This document shows, in pieces, positions 12,999-26,080 of a DNA stretch of 64,000 bases. The position numbers and the translations under genes were made by a program. The stretch is from Octopus vulgaris. Its lineage: Eukaryota. Every line of letters starts with the position of its first letter. Within the stretch, counting starts at the first letter, position 1. The DNA is taken from NCBI GenBank assembly GCA_951406725.2, contig OX597830.1:47306001-47370000 (forward strand), read 5' to 3'. The notes below the pieces were generated by a model that was given only the letters and a program-made list of their open reading frames with translations, had not been told where the DNA came from and made no database searches.

Positions 12999-14137
12999 CT
13001 GAAACAATAAAAGATGAACATATTCCAGTGCTTCTCTCTTTCAGGTAATCAATTCCTGTTTGGGAAATTTATGGGATTTTGGCAATAATTGTTGCTGTTG
13101 TTAGAAATGTAGAAGCAGTCTCGTGGATGAAAACAATGTGGTTCATGAAAATGTGGGTAGAAAGATTGTTTCAGAGAATTGTAATTTAGAAAGAGAGAGA
13201 GAGAGAGAGGGGGGAGTGGAGTATTTAGTGAGAGGATTGTGAAATGAATTGCAATAAATATATCAAATGGAAATCGTAGTTGTGATATCTGTGCCGGTGG
13301 CAAGAAAAAAGCACCATCCGAACGTGACCGATGCCAGCAATGTTTTTTTACTACACTCTATGAGTGGTTGGCATTAGGAAGGGCATCCAGCTGTAGAAAC
13401 TCTGCCAAATCAAAATTGGAGTCTGGTGCAGCCATCTGGTTCGCCAGTCCTCAGTCAAATCGTCCAACCCATGCTAGCATGGAAAGCGGACATTAAACGA
13501 TGATGATGATGATGATGGCAATGGAAAGAAAGGTAGGTGCATCAAATGAGTTAAGAATTGGAAAATAAGAAGAGGGAGGAAGGATAGCACATGTGGTGAG
13601 GTGGGGTGTAGATGTAGGGCATTGTTGAGGGTAGATCTCTTGATCAGCAGGGTGGCATTCTTCTGGATGGCACCTGTTATGTTTGTGTGTAGCAGAAGTA
13701 CTATTTTAGATACGTGGTCAGCATTCAAATACAGGCCATACTTAAGCTTTAGAGACACTAGTAACTGAGCGGCAAAGCCAAAGAATTTTCTGAAAGACTT
13801 TTGAGCATAAATCTATTTCTTCAATGCGGACCTGAGAATAAACAACCATTTTGTGTTGAAAATCTCAGGAACTGTTGTGCTACAGCCACTCAGTTGTTAT
13901 GTTTGCTGGGATTGCATTCACTCACAGCATTCACAAACAAGTCAAACTGATAGGTGCAAGTGTGGCTGTGTGCTAGGAAGCTTGCTTCCCAACAACATGG
14001 TTCTGGGTTCAGTCCCACTGCGTGGCACCTTGGGCAAGTGTTTTCTAATACAGCCTCAGCTGACCAAAAGTCTTGTGAGTGGATTTGGTAGATGGAAACT
14101 GAAAGAAACCTGTTGTGTGAGTACATATATACATACA

Positions 14138-14178
<41 letters not shown>

Positions 14179-14368
14179 TATATAGAAGGAGCTTCTACAG
14201 GACTAGTACTGTTTCATTCAAGAGAATCTTCAGAATGTTCCTGAAGATTTCTCTTGAATGAAACAGTACTAGTCCTGTAGAAGCTCCTTCTATATAATAA
14301 ATTAATTTTACTCTGCTATGTATTGAGTACCTTACTTACTGTGGTTAACCCCGAATCAACCCGGGACC

Positions 14369-14443
<75 letters not shown>

Positions 14444-15212
14444 ATATACAAACCTACCTACATATATACATGTGTGTGTATATACATAAATATGTACATA
14501 CATACATAGATACATACATAAATATATATACACACACACACATACACATACAAAATTTAGAGGACTGACCACTAAAAGTGGACAGCCTACATGCTAAACA
14601 TAGATGCCAAATCGCCATTACCACGAATAATGTGTGCAAAAAACCAAATTGTAAAAATAAGCAAGACAAATGAAAATATACGAAATAAAAAACGATTACC
14701 TATGTACCATTGGTTTCACTTGTTAATATTTACATATATGGACACGCAAACATCTGCAAGATCATCAGCATAGTCTGTCATTTACAAAACACAATTTCCT
14801 GAACTAGATACAGAATGCTCAACCGAAATCCAGCATGTATAACGTTCTACAAATTATATTTAAGTGTATCTTTCAAATGACTTCACTTTGGCGCACTGAG
14901 ATTGGAAACTACTCTGCAGTTAATAAACTACAGCAGTCAATTTACCGGTTAGAGAACATTTTTTATTTAAAAATGTAAAACAATGTATGTAAAATAATTT
15001 TTAGTCTTCGGATTTTTTTTAAATATGCTAAGCCACTGGTTTTAATTGATTAATATCAATTTCTACCCTTATTTAATTTATGGAGCTTCAGAATTACAAA
15101 ACAAACTCCTTGGTCTCTTGACCATGCGCCCCCCTCCCCCCAACCACAAAGATAAAAAGAAAGAGAGACAGACATAAAGCTGTTGATAGCAAAAAGAAAA
15201 GGTGTCACTAAC

Positions 15213-15316
15213 CATCCCCCTTCTTGTTTATGGACATTATTCACAATGGACCCTCTTCGGAATGACAATTCATCCGGTCGCTTGGCTTGGTAGTCTTGGA
15301 TAGCTTTTACTTTCAC
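15213..15316 (-). CDS. PLCG: PLC-gamma exon, SH3: [34 protein letters not shown](W)
   Basis: ttcag/GTTAG; SH3 AxxDY and DELSF motifs. Confidence 0.95.
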
Positions 15317-16420
15317 CTGAAGAGAGAGACAGAGAGAGAGAACCAGCTGAAATTGGAACCTGTCCTTCGGAGTAGACAGAGAGTAGAAGCATTTGAGTTC
15401 TGTAAAATTGAATCAATGAGAAAACATGGGAAATTGTAGCAGCGGAAAACCATAAAAAGGGATGAGACAATCTGGTTGGAGTGACAGGGATGGTAGTGGT
15501 GGTGTGAGGAAGTGGTAGTTGTTTTTCTTTTTCTTTTTCCAGGTATTTTAGCTTCAGCTGCTGAGTTGTGACCTATGAAGAAAGGTGTTCCAACCATGGC
15601 TCCCCAGTCTTTTCCTGTATGCAAGGGACATATGCAAAGCCACATTAGTCAACCTGTTCTTAAAAACAGTAGGGTTTGGCTACTATTTCTAGCAAGTCTA
15701 ACAACTATGTAGAGGCTGTCTTGTTGGTTCATTGGCCTGTTGTCCTTATGTTTCCAAAGGGGAGATAAGAAAATACTTGTGCTGATCACTAAAGTTATAA
15801 TTTTGATGATTTTTAATAAAAAAAATCTCTTGCCTTACTAACCACATCAGGTCTATGAGTGTCTGCTTTGCTCTCATGGTTTAAGGTTAAGTCAGTATTT
15901 CAAATGAACACAATTATTCCCATTCTGTTTAGAGCAGTGAACAGGAATTCCTTGCAATACCAAAAGATAGCAAAATGGAAAGGAACACCAAACCCCCAGT
16001 ACTCAATGTGGCATCAGCACCAAGACAAGAACCACCATTTCTTCCTCATCCATCCATGACCCTTAGTTATATAAAAGCAGCAGCCAAGATATTTGTTTCT
16101 TTGCATTTCCTGGTCTTTGAGGAAAGCCAGTCCAATCCATTGATTCAGAGCTCAACGTCAATCTGAAGTGTAAATACCCCATCATGTCACAACAGAGACT
16201 ATGGACAAATGATTCAAAGGCCATCAACAATGAAAATACAAAATAAAACATAAAACAAACTGTGTGCAATATCTATGCATAAATACACAAAAAGACAGAC
16301 AGAATCAAATTGTATGCCACATACATACACACACACACATCCAGGTATGCATAAACACATAGAGAAGGATATAATCCAAGCTGCTTGTGGACAAATTAAC
16401 CCAATATTCTCTATTAAACA

Positions 16421-16565
16421 GTATGTATGTATGTATGTATGTATGTATGTGTGTATATGTGTGTGTATGTGTGTGTGTATGTGTGTGTGTATGTATGTGT
16501 GTATATGTGTGTGTGTGTGTGTATGTATGTGTGTATGTATGTGTGCATGTATGTGTGTATGTATG

Positions 16566-16660
<95 letters not shown>
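16421..16660. repeat. (TG)n/(TATG)n compound microsatellite, one of many in the window
   Basis: Directly visible. Confidence 0.95.
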
Positions 16661-17083
16661 TTGTAGAAAATAGAGACAATCTTGTATGCAGAATAGCTGT
16701 GAAAACAGCTTAGAAGATGGTGGTGGTGATGGTGGGGGAGGTGTCCAGCAAGCCACTGCAGAGAATCAAATTCTGTACCTTTTAAATTGGCACTCCTAAG
16801 TTTTTGTTCATAAAAAAACTGTTCTCACATTCCAAAAGCTATCATCTAACATTACAAAAGATGGCATTTGTTGTCAAGAAATGCTTAAAAGGGCGCAGAG
16901 GACTCAATTGGAATTTAAAAAGTATAGGGTTAGATTCTCTGCAGTGGCCTGCTGGGCACTTTTCCCCCCCATTTTCTAAGGGTTTTTCCCCATTCTTCTA
17001 AGCTGTTTTCACAGCTTCTGTGTCGGAGATTTATTTTATTTTCTGTTAAATACCAACTCACTTGGCAATTCTGTTTGTATACA

Positions 17084-17115
<32 letters not shown>

Positions 17116-17832
17116 CACGCGTGCGCACACACTTAGGGCTGCAACTCCACAGCTCAACTTATGCAACATCTCTGTGTTTCTCTTCCACCCAAATCTTACC
17201 ACATATCAAATTGTATTACATCATAAACATGTTCATCAATGTGAAAAATTAAGTTGTTTAAATATAATGAAATAAGCAGAAAAGTCTCAAAAACACATGG
17301 AGTCATGCAACATTGGGAAACTGATAAAGCAACAACATTGCTGAAAATAAGGAGTGAAAAGATAGAGAAAAGGGCAGAGAAAGTTCATAGCATATTGTGT
17401 AGCAACTTTTGAAGCAGCTCAACTATAGTGTGGAGAATAAGATGAAGCTGGCACAGTGCATAGCAAGGAGGTGTATAAAATATATATATATATATATATA
17501 TACATGCAGGCAAAACAAACAGTTGTGTTCATGCAGTTTATACGTGTTGCATAAAGAGGAACATGACAAAATGTTGAAAAATGAATTGGATTGGAAAAAA
17601 AAAATACAAGAGCAAGAGTTGCAATAATTGTTAGAATTAAATATGATTTCAGAGTGATAAGAGGCCACAGGAAAAATACAGTTGAATGGATTGACATCAG
17701 TAACTGACTGGTATTTAATATTTTGAAACTAAAGAAAAAGGACGGCTAAGTCCAACTTGGCAGAATTTGAATTCAAGACAGAGAGAGGAGAATACTTTTA
17801 CTCATTTATTCCAGCAGTCTACCATTTCTCCC

Positions 17833-17868
<36 letters not shown>

Positions 17869-19986
17869 TTGTAACAAAGCACAAGGTAATACACTATTGG
17901 GTGGGGTGGGGGTTTAGATTTAATTGACTCCCAATAAATGACTGGTATTTTACTTTATGGACTTCAGGACAAGCTAAATAAACACAAAGCTTAATTCTGC
18001 AGGCTATGAAAATTAAATACAGCAAAGAGATTCTCTGTCTATCAATTCTGTTATTCCATTGCTCAATAATTTATAATAATAATAATAGTAATAAAAATGA
18101 TAATAATAATCATCATCATTTCACGTCCATTTGCCATGTTGGCATGGGTTGGATGGTTTGACAGGAGCTGGCTAAGCAGAAGACTGCACCCTGCTTCACT
18201 GTGTGTTTTGGTAGGGTTTTTACAGTTGGGTGTCCTTCCTAACACCAGCCACCCCAAAATGTGGAGTGAGTGCTTTTGATGTGAATAATAATAATGGCAG
18301 CTGCTAGTTTTGGCACAAGTCCAGTCATTTTCTTTATTTCTGGCAGGGGATCAAAGTCAACTGGGATCCCAGAACTTGATTGGTTCTTTGTTTTTATTCT
18401 TTTGGGGGTCAATAAAATAAAGTTAACTTCAGTAGAATTTGAACTCAGAATGTAAAGACCACTAGGCATTTCGTCCAAAATGCTAACAATTCTGCCAGCT
18501 CTTTGCCTTAACAACAACAGTAATAACAATAATTTCTAACACGGAAATAAGGCCTCACATGTTGGAGCAGGGAACAGGAAGTTCAATGGATCATCTGTTC
18601 CAACCCCAATTTATGACCGTTTTCTTTTAGTTTTTTTTTTTTTTTAATTCTAAGAAGAATAGAAGACAATCTTGATTGGATTTGAATTCAAAACTTACAG
18701 GAATTCAATGAAATAGCACAAAGCATTATGTCTGATGCCCAACTGATTCTGCCATGTAACTATCCCTATAATTACGATGATGACAATGATGATGATTTTT
18801 AACTTTGGCATAAGACAACAAATTTGCAGGGAAAGTGTGGACTAGATTCATCATCATCACCATCATCGTTTAACATCCGTTTTCCATGCTGGCATGGGTT
18901 GGACGGTTCAACTGGGGTCTGGGAAGTCAGGAGGCTGCACTAGGCCAAAGTGGAATAAAATATAAAAACCAAGTGAACTACCTCATGGTGGGATTTGAAC
19001 TCAGAACAGTGAGGGTTGTAACTAACTAACATAACACTGAGCATATATATATGGCTAGTTGTTCACTTCATTAAGGTTTAAAAAGGAAGAATAAATGGAA
19101 CCTTGTGACATCCATACCTGTCTTGGCTTCCTTAATGGCATAAGTTCTTCTTCAAGCAAGAATTAGAAATTCTGGAGTTGTGTTGCAATTTGTCTGAAAT
19201 CACACACACTCACACACACACACAATTTGTAGGCTGCCAGGAGGGATTTATTTGGTTGTGGTTGAGTAACATGCCATGCTATGTCCACTTCGACCCATTA
19301 GAGCTGGCTGCGGAAGAATACACGTGGAAACTTCCACCCAACAGTATTGTGCTCTTTTTGAAAGAGCTTGGCAGTTGTAGCTTGGCCAGTGTTGTGTTAA
19401 CATCACATTCTGAGCACAAATCCTGCATTCATTTAAGCCACTAATGACCATCCTTTAGTAAAGTCTTTTGATACCTTTCTTGTCATCCAACACTTGCAGT
19501 TGTACATTCTGTTCCCACATATTTTTTTATTCTTTTACTTGTTTCAGTCATTTGACTGCAGCCATGCTGGAGCACCGCATGTTGTCGAACAAATCGACCC
19601 CAAGACTTATTCTTTATAAGCCTAGTACTTATTCTATCAGTCTCTTTTTGCCGAACCGCTAAGTTACGGGGACATAAACACACCAGCATTTGTTGTCAAG
19701 TGATGTTGGACACATACACACACGACGGGCTTCTTTCAGTTTCCATCTACCAAATCCACTCACAAGGCTTTGGTCGGTCTGAGGCTATAGTAGAAGACAC
19801 TTACCCAAGGTACCATGCAGTGGGACTGAACCCAGAACCATGTGGTTGGTAAGCAAGCTTCTTACCACACAGCCACTCCGGCGCCTATTCAACATTTACT
19901 TAAAAGTTGTAATATCTCCGACTTTCTTTCAACATTCTAAACAAAACTGGCAACAGAACATTCCAGACAATTTGCTACACATTTAT

Positions 19987-20021
<35 letters not shown>

Positions 20022-20194
20022 CATAAGTAACAGGGTATTTCAAAATATGTTAAATCAACAGAAAAATCTGAAAGATTTATAAGAAGCAAGATTCAAATTT
20101 ACACCATTACACACACATACATACACATGGTGGTGTATGTATATGTATACACATATGCACACGCAAAGCTCCCTATTTAAAATCAGGGGTCAAA

Positions 20195-20229
<35 letters not shown>

Positions 20230-21261
20230 AAATCATAAGTATTTTGGTTAAATACAGGGAAATTAGACATAATTAGAATATTTCAGTGAAATGCAAATTA
20301 GAAAAGTAGAGAGTTATTAAGTTAGCCATGAGCAATGATAAAGAATATTTGGTGCCATTGGCCAAAGTCTGATAGTCTTGGTAGTAATTGTGGTATCATT
20401 AGGAATTGCTGTTGGCGGCGGTGAAGGTGGTGTTTAAATATGCACAGGTGGAGTGAAGAGAGCGGCAGGATTAAAATCGAAGACTAAACGGACAATTTGG
20501 AGATAATGAAGATAACGAGAAAGAAGATTAATGCAGACCAAAGGATGATATTAGAGACATAGAAGGGGGGTAGGTTAGGTAGGTATGTGGAGAGGGAGAG
20601 AGAGAGAGGGGAAGTCTGTGGAAAAAAAGGAGGCTTTGAAAAGAAGAGTAACAAGTGTTATGGGTTGAAATCAGAGACAGAGAGAAGGAAAAGAAAGAGG
20701 TGAGAGGGGGAGAGAGAGATGTGAGAGGGAGGAGAGAGAGAGAGAGATAAGGGTGATATTGGAAAAACAAGAAAGGTCCTCAACTAATTAAGATCTTCAT
20801 ATATACACACACACACACACATATATATACACATATATATATACACATATACATGCACATATACATACATATATACACACACCATCATCATCATCGTTTA
20901 ACATCTGTTTTCCGTGCTTGCATGGGTCAGACACATATATATTTATAAACTCACACACACACACACACATATATATATATGTATGTATACACACAAACAC
21001 ACATATATATATATATGTATACACACAAACACACACACATACACACACACAGCTAATGGAAGTCTTCAAGTAATATATACACATCTAACAGAAGACATAT
21101 TTGGCGAAGAAAGAGCAAGAGAGGAAGACTGGGTGAAAGAGAGAGAGAATGGAGGAAAGAAAGCGAGAAGAGAGAGAGGGAGGGAGAGCAAGGGAGAAAG
21201 AATCTTGCTGTAGTATGGACAAGAATTCCAGATGAGCAAATTACCCTGGATGTATCTGGGT

Positions 21262-21294
<33 letters not shown>

Positions 21295-21509
21295 CGATAA
21301 ATGAATGAGGAGGAGTAAGCTAAGAGAGGGAGAAGCTGATGTTACACAATTTCAGAAAGAAAGACTGAGTGAGAGGGCATGAGGATAAGTGAAAGGAAAA
21401 AAAAGAGTAAATGAAAAAAGCTGAGCTAGAGATAGAGAGAGAGAGAGAGAGAGAGAGTGAGAGAGAGAGAAGCTGTAGTATGTGTGACAATTGCAGGTGA
21501 CCACATTAC

Positions 21510-21572
21510 CTTGGAGGTGTACTTGGGCATGTAATAGATCTCATCGCCATGGATATTGCCATCATCAGGTTC
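21510..21572 (-). CDS. PLCG: PLC-gamma cSH2-SH3 linker exon variant B: EPDDGNIHGDEIYYMPKYTSK
   Basis: ctttatag acceptor with upstream CTTAAC branch-like motif, AAG|GTAATG donor, 63 nt phase 0-0; EPDxG start resembles human EPDYG. Confidence 0.85.
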
Positions 21573-21644
21573 CTATAAAGCCACATGTGGTAAAACGGAC
21601 GCAGGTTAAGAATCAGATGCGTTATACTAATTATATATACTAAT

Positions 21645-22197
21645 TACGAGGGTGAGTCAAAAAGTAATGCCATTTTGTTTAGGACAAATATAATTACCGA
21701 CACAGTAACATGTATCATACATCAAAATGAAGCTGGTCCTCTGTGGATCACATCACTACTTCTCAACATAGTCTCTGTTTCCCTCAATAACAATGTTCCC
21801 CCTTCAAATGAGAGCATGTATCCCTGCCCTGTAAAATCCTGTTGATTGTTCTTTGAGCCACTTCTTCACTACAGTTTTCACTTCCTCATCACTGGACTAT
21901 CATTTCTTCAGTCCCATGAAAGAGGGTTTGGGAGGCAAACATTATTCCAGTGACAAGGAAGTGAAAACTGTAGTGAAGAAGTGGCTCAAAGAACAGTCAA
22001 CAGAATTTTACAGGGCAGGGATACATGCTCTCATTCAAAGGTGGAACATTACTATTGAGAGAAACGGTGACTATGTTGAGGAGTAAGGATGTGATCCTCA
22101 GAGAACCAGCTTCATTTTGATGTATGATACATGGTCCTGTATTGGTAATTATACCTGTCCTAAACAAAATGGCATTACCTTTTTACTCATCCTCGTA
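21645..22197. mobile_element. Palindromic non-autonomous mariner (MITE) made of two inverted 3' ends
   Basis: TA-CGAGG...CCTCG-TA termini; ~250-bp inverted arms; encodes a mariner C-terminus DYHFFSPMK...IHALIQRW...NGDYVEE. Confidence 0.88.
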
Positions 22198-24284
22198 ATA
22201 TTTTAGTTTATTATTACTATTATAATCACTATCATTATTAATGTTTCCAAGTAGAAAAAAAAAAGAATATAATTTTATAAAATATTGACATAAAAGAAAA
22301 AAAATATCACTCTTGAAATTCTATTTCACAGAGAAAAAAAAGATAAAAAACAAAGATCTTTTTTTCCCTTTTTAAATTATAAAAAATATTTTCAAGAATT
22401 GAAACAAACAAGATGGAATGTAAAGGGAAAATTGGAAGGAATCGTTTAAAGTTTGTGTTCATTGCAATAATGGAATAAATTCTTCAGTGGTAAACTTTGT
22501 TTCTAGTTTGGATAGGTTGAAGCTAATCAAATAAACACCTTAAAAATATGGCATCAATTTAAAAGAAAAAAAAAAAGAAAAACACCCAAAAAGATTATTG
22601 TTTGTCACATGGAGAGTATTCCTGAAAGAATATTTGTGAATTTGGTTCTCAAGTTCTTAGACATATTATGGAACGATATTAAGAAACAAAATTTAATCAA
22701 TTGTAAACTGCACGCACATGTGTGTACGTGTATATGGGTTGGTGTCTTCACAAAATTACAGGATGTAGTTAAAAGAACCAAAAATCTACATCACTACCTT
22801 TCTTACCAACAATGGAGTATCACTCACATGTGACTGAAGAAAATCTTTTTCTTTGTCTTTCTCTCTCTCCCTCATACGCAGAGTAGAATAAATGTATTTC
22901 AGTCAGTTTTGATGGGGGAGTACTCAGTTGCTCAGGCTGAGTATTCCACAGACATATCTACCCTTAATGTAATTTTCAAGAAGAATCATCGTGTGGCCCA
23001 CAGTGTGATGTGGTTTAACTACACCTTTTGTATCACAGGTAGCCAAGCCATTCAGACGAACAGATTGTACAGTTTCTATCATTCAGTCGAAACCACAAGG
23101 CTTGGGCTGAACTCAAGACTAAGGTAAAAGACACTTGCTACCAACGGGATTGAACCAACACCTGATGAGGGTAAAGTCAACTTCTTGACCAGTCAACCAT
23201 ACTATGTTCACACACACACAAAGGTAGAGAATTTCTGGACATTTATTAGATTAACACTATCACAAGCTATAACTAATTAAAATCCAACTCCTGTTAAATG
23301 GATGAGAAACTAATAAGCCACTGGACAAGATGCTAGTTATTGCAAGAAACTTTCTCAGAAACATCATGGTTGATGCTGTCCAGAAATTACAGATTCAAAT
23401 GCTCACAACTGCCAAGATACAGAGTCACCCTTGGCTGTGATATAACCCTTCTGAGAGTTAGGACCTTTCCAGAACATCATTCCTCTGGAATTGTCTCCCT
23501 GCATTTATCTTCCAGGAAACTATTGACTTGCAACATTTTAAGCAAACTGTTAATGGCATCAATATGAATAATACCAGAACCCCTGTGAAAGTCCTAAAGC
23601 CCCTAACCCAAACCCCTGTACTTAAACAGATAATGTAATGGATAGGAGAATCTGCTGCATGGGCAACCCTTAACCTCAGCCCCTATCATTGTTACTTAAT
23701 ACAGGGTTTACATTTCAGGGAAAGACTTCAGTAGAAGATGTTTCGTTAGAAAAACTGCTGCTAATATGACATCAATCCACCCCACACACCCTGACAGTCC
23801 CATGGGCTTTCGTCAAAAATACCTACACTACAACAAGTAAATCATAAGTTAGTTATTATATTGTAGTAGTTATTAAACAATTACTACAAGTTAATATAAT
23901 ATATTAATGTGGGAGTTTGTATACTTCACATGTAGCTTGCATTGGATTAGAAACACAAATGGAAATTAGGAATATTTTTTTTTTATGTCGAGAAACAGGA
24001 AACCTGAATAAGAACAACAACAACAAAGTTTTTGGTTTTTCAGAAATGCACGTTTACATATAACGTGTGTGTGTGAGTGTGTGTGGACACACACTTGGTC
24101 ATTACTACAGCTACCACATTAAATACATATGCATAGTGCAAATAATAAACAAATACATTTTATATGATGAAGAAGGGTCATGCTGCCCCATGGATGGGCG
24201 GACATACACACAAAAACACAGAGTCAGAGGACAAATAAAATTAGAGACGACTACTGGCAGCATTCTACAAATACTTAGGGTTAC

Positions 24285-24347
24285 CTTTGAAGTAAAATCA
24301 TTGGGATTAACATAGAGCTCTTGATGCATTGAACCAGCATTTGGTGC
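24285..24347 (-). CDS. PLCG: PLC-gamma cSH2-SH3 linker exon variant A: APNAGSMHQELYVNPNDFTSK
   Basis: cttcctttgtag acceptor, AAG|GTAACC donor, 63 nt phase 0-0; YVxxN resembles the human pY783 context (FYVEAN). Confidence 0.85.
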
Positions 24348-25759
24348 CTACAAAGGAAGAATCAACTTGAAATGACATTAGACAAACTCTAAGCATTTGG
24401 TTTTGAAAGTGGCAAGGTGTGTTCTGGAACTACAGTCAAGCAATAAGGACCACAAACATGCCAACTAGTGTAATAACAGACCCACAACAAACAGGTTAAC
24501 ATGGCTGCATGAAAGCTGAACAAAATTAAAATCAACCAAACATCAGTTTTCAGGTCACCATACTCAGGGTTCCAGAAACTCATCTGCCATTTGACCCGAT
24601 TTAGGATCAATAATAGTAGATCAGGGGTCAGTTTAAAGGACATTAAGTTGTTACATTGAACAAATTAATTAAGTGACTGGGAGGCCAAGCATCACCTTCA
24701 GTTAATCCAAAAGAATTAAAACGACAGTTTTTCATTTGGGCCCCACTTTATTCCTGTTTGCAGTTGATATCAGCAACAGGGACAAAATGGATGTAAAACA
24801 GATGTCAGCAAACCTTGAAGGTTGCACTGTTCCGTTTGTAGGGAGCCAAGGCATCTTAATAAGTAGTGGTTGCTGCACATTAACGAACTACATCCTATAA
24901 TCATCATAACTCAGTAATGGTCAGCAAATTAAAAACCGACTGACAGAGAGAGGTCATGTGACCAGTACATCTGATGGCAGTTTAAAACTTACGCTCATCA
25001 TCATCATCATCATCGTTTAACGTCCGTTCTCCATGCTAGCATGGGTTGGACGGTTCGACCGGGGATCTGGGAAGCCAGAAGGCTGCACCAGGCTCCAGTC
25101 TTATCTGGCAATGTTTCTACAGCTGGATGCCCTTCCTAAAGCCAACCACTCCGTGAGTGTAGTGGGTGCTTTTTACGTGCCACCTGCACTGGTGCCAGGC
25201 AAGGCTGGCATCAGCCACGGTCGGATTGGTGCATTTTACGTGCCACCTGCACGGAAGCCAGTCGAGGCGGCACTGGCTTCGGCCACGATTCGGATGGTGC
25301 TTTTTACGTGCCACCGACACGGAAGCCAGTCGAGGCGGCGCTGGCATCGGCCATGATTCATTTATCCCTTTGACCATCTAGTCATCTACCAACAGGTCAC
25401 TGGGAAATTCTGTCTGAAGCAGAAGTGGAAGTCCAGTTTTGATTAAATTATTAAATTACAAAACAATACTTTAAGTATAAAGTACAAACTAAACTTGCGC
25501 ATATTGTATATATCAGAGCAGGATTGAACTCTTTTCCTACAATTAGAGAAACATCCAACAACATGAGTCGCTGATACTTTTAAAGAAACTAGTGTCTTAT
25601 TGAGAAATTGGTAAAATGTCATCAGATGAAAAACTTAGTTCTGGAAACAAAAAAACCCCAAAAACAACATACACAGAACAAAGGCATTCGGTTTGGATGG
25701 GCAGAAATAGAATGCATTGCCATGTTGGATATTGATTGCAATTATCCTAACTATATGTG

Positions 25760-26080
25760 AAGGCGCATGGCTCAGTGGTTAGAGCGTAGAGCTTACGATC
25801 GTGAGATTGTGAGTTTGATTCCCAGATCGGGCTGTGTGTTGTGTTCTTGAGCAAGACACTTTATTTCACGTTGCTCCAGTTCACTCAGCTGTAGAAATGA
25901 GTTGTGATGTCACTGGCACCAAGCTGTATTGGCCCCTTTGCTTTTCCCTTGGATAACATCGGTGGCATGGAGAGGAGGAGAGGCTGGTATGCATGGGGGA
26001 CTGCTGGTCTTCCATAAACAACCTTGCCCAGACTTTCTAGGTGCAATCCCATGGTCATTCATGACCGAAGGGGGTCTCAA
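25760..26080 (+). mobile_element. tRNA-derived SINE (related heads at ~11178, 27055, 56234)
   Basis: TGGCTCAGTGG A box and GTTTGATTCC B box, followed by the conserved body gtgttcttgagcaagacactt. Confidence 0.7.

Noticed and set aside
23429-23498. Possible linker exon ...KGYITAK
   Set aside because: Weak acceptor, and the donor gives 70 nt, which is out of frame.
24814-24894. Possible third linker exon ending ...SATFK|GTTTG
   Set aside because: Two in-frame TAA stops and no real similarity to exons A or B.
25390-25413. 24-nt in-frame segment TEFPSDLL after a good acceptor
   Set aside because: Weak GTAGAT donor and no homology support.
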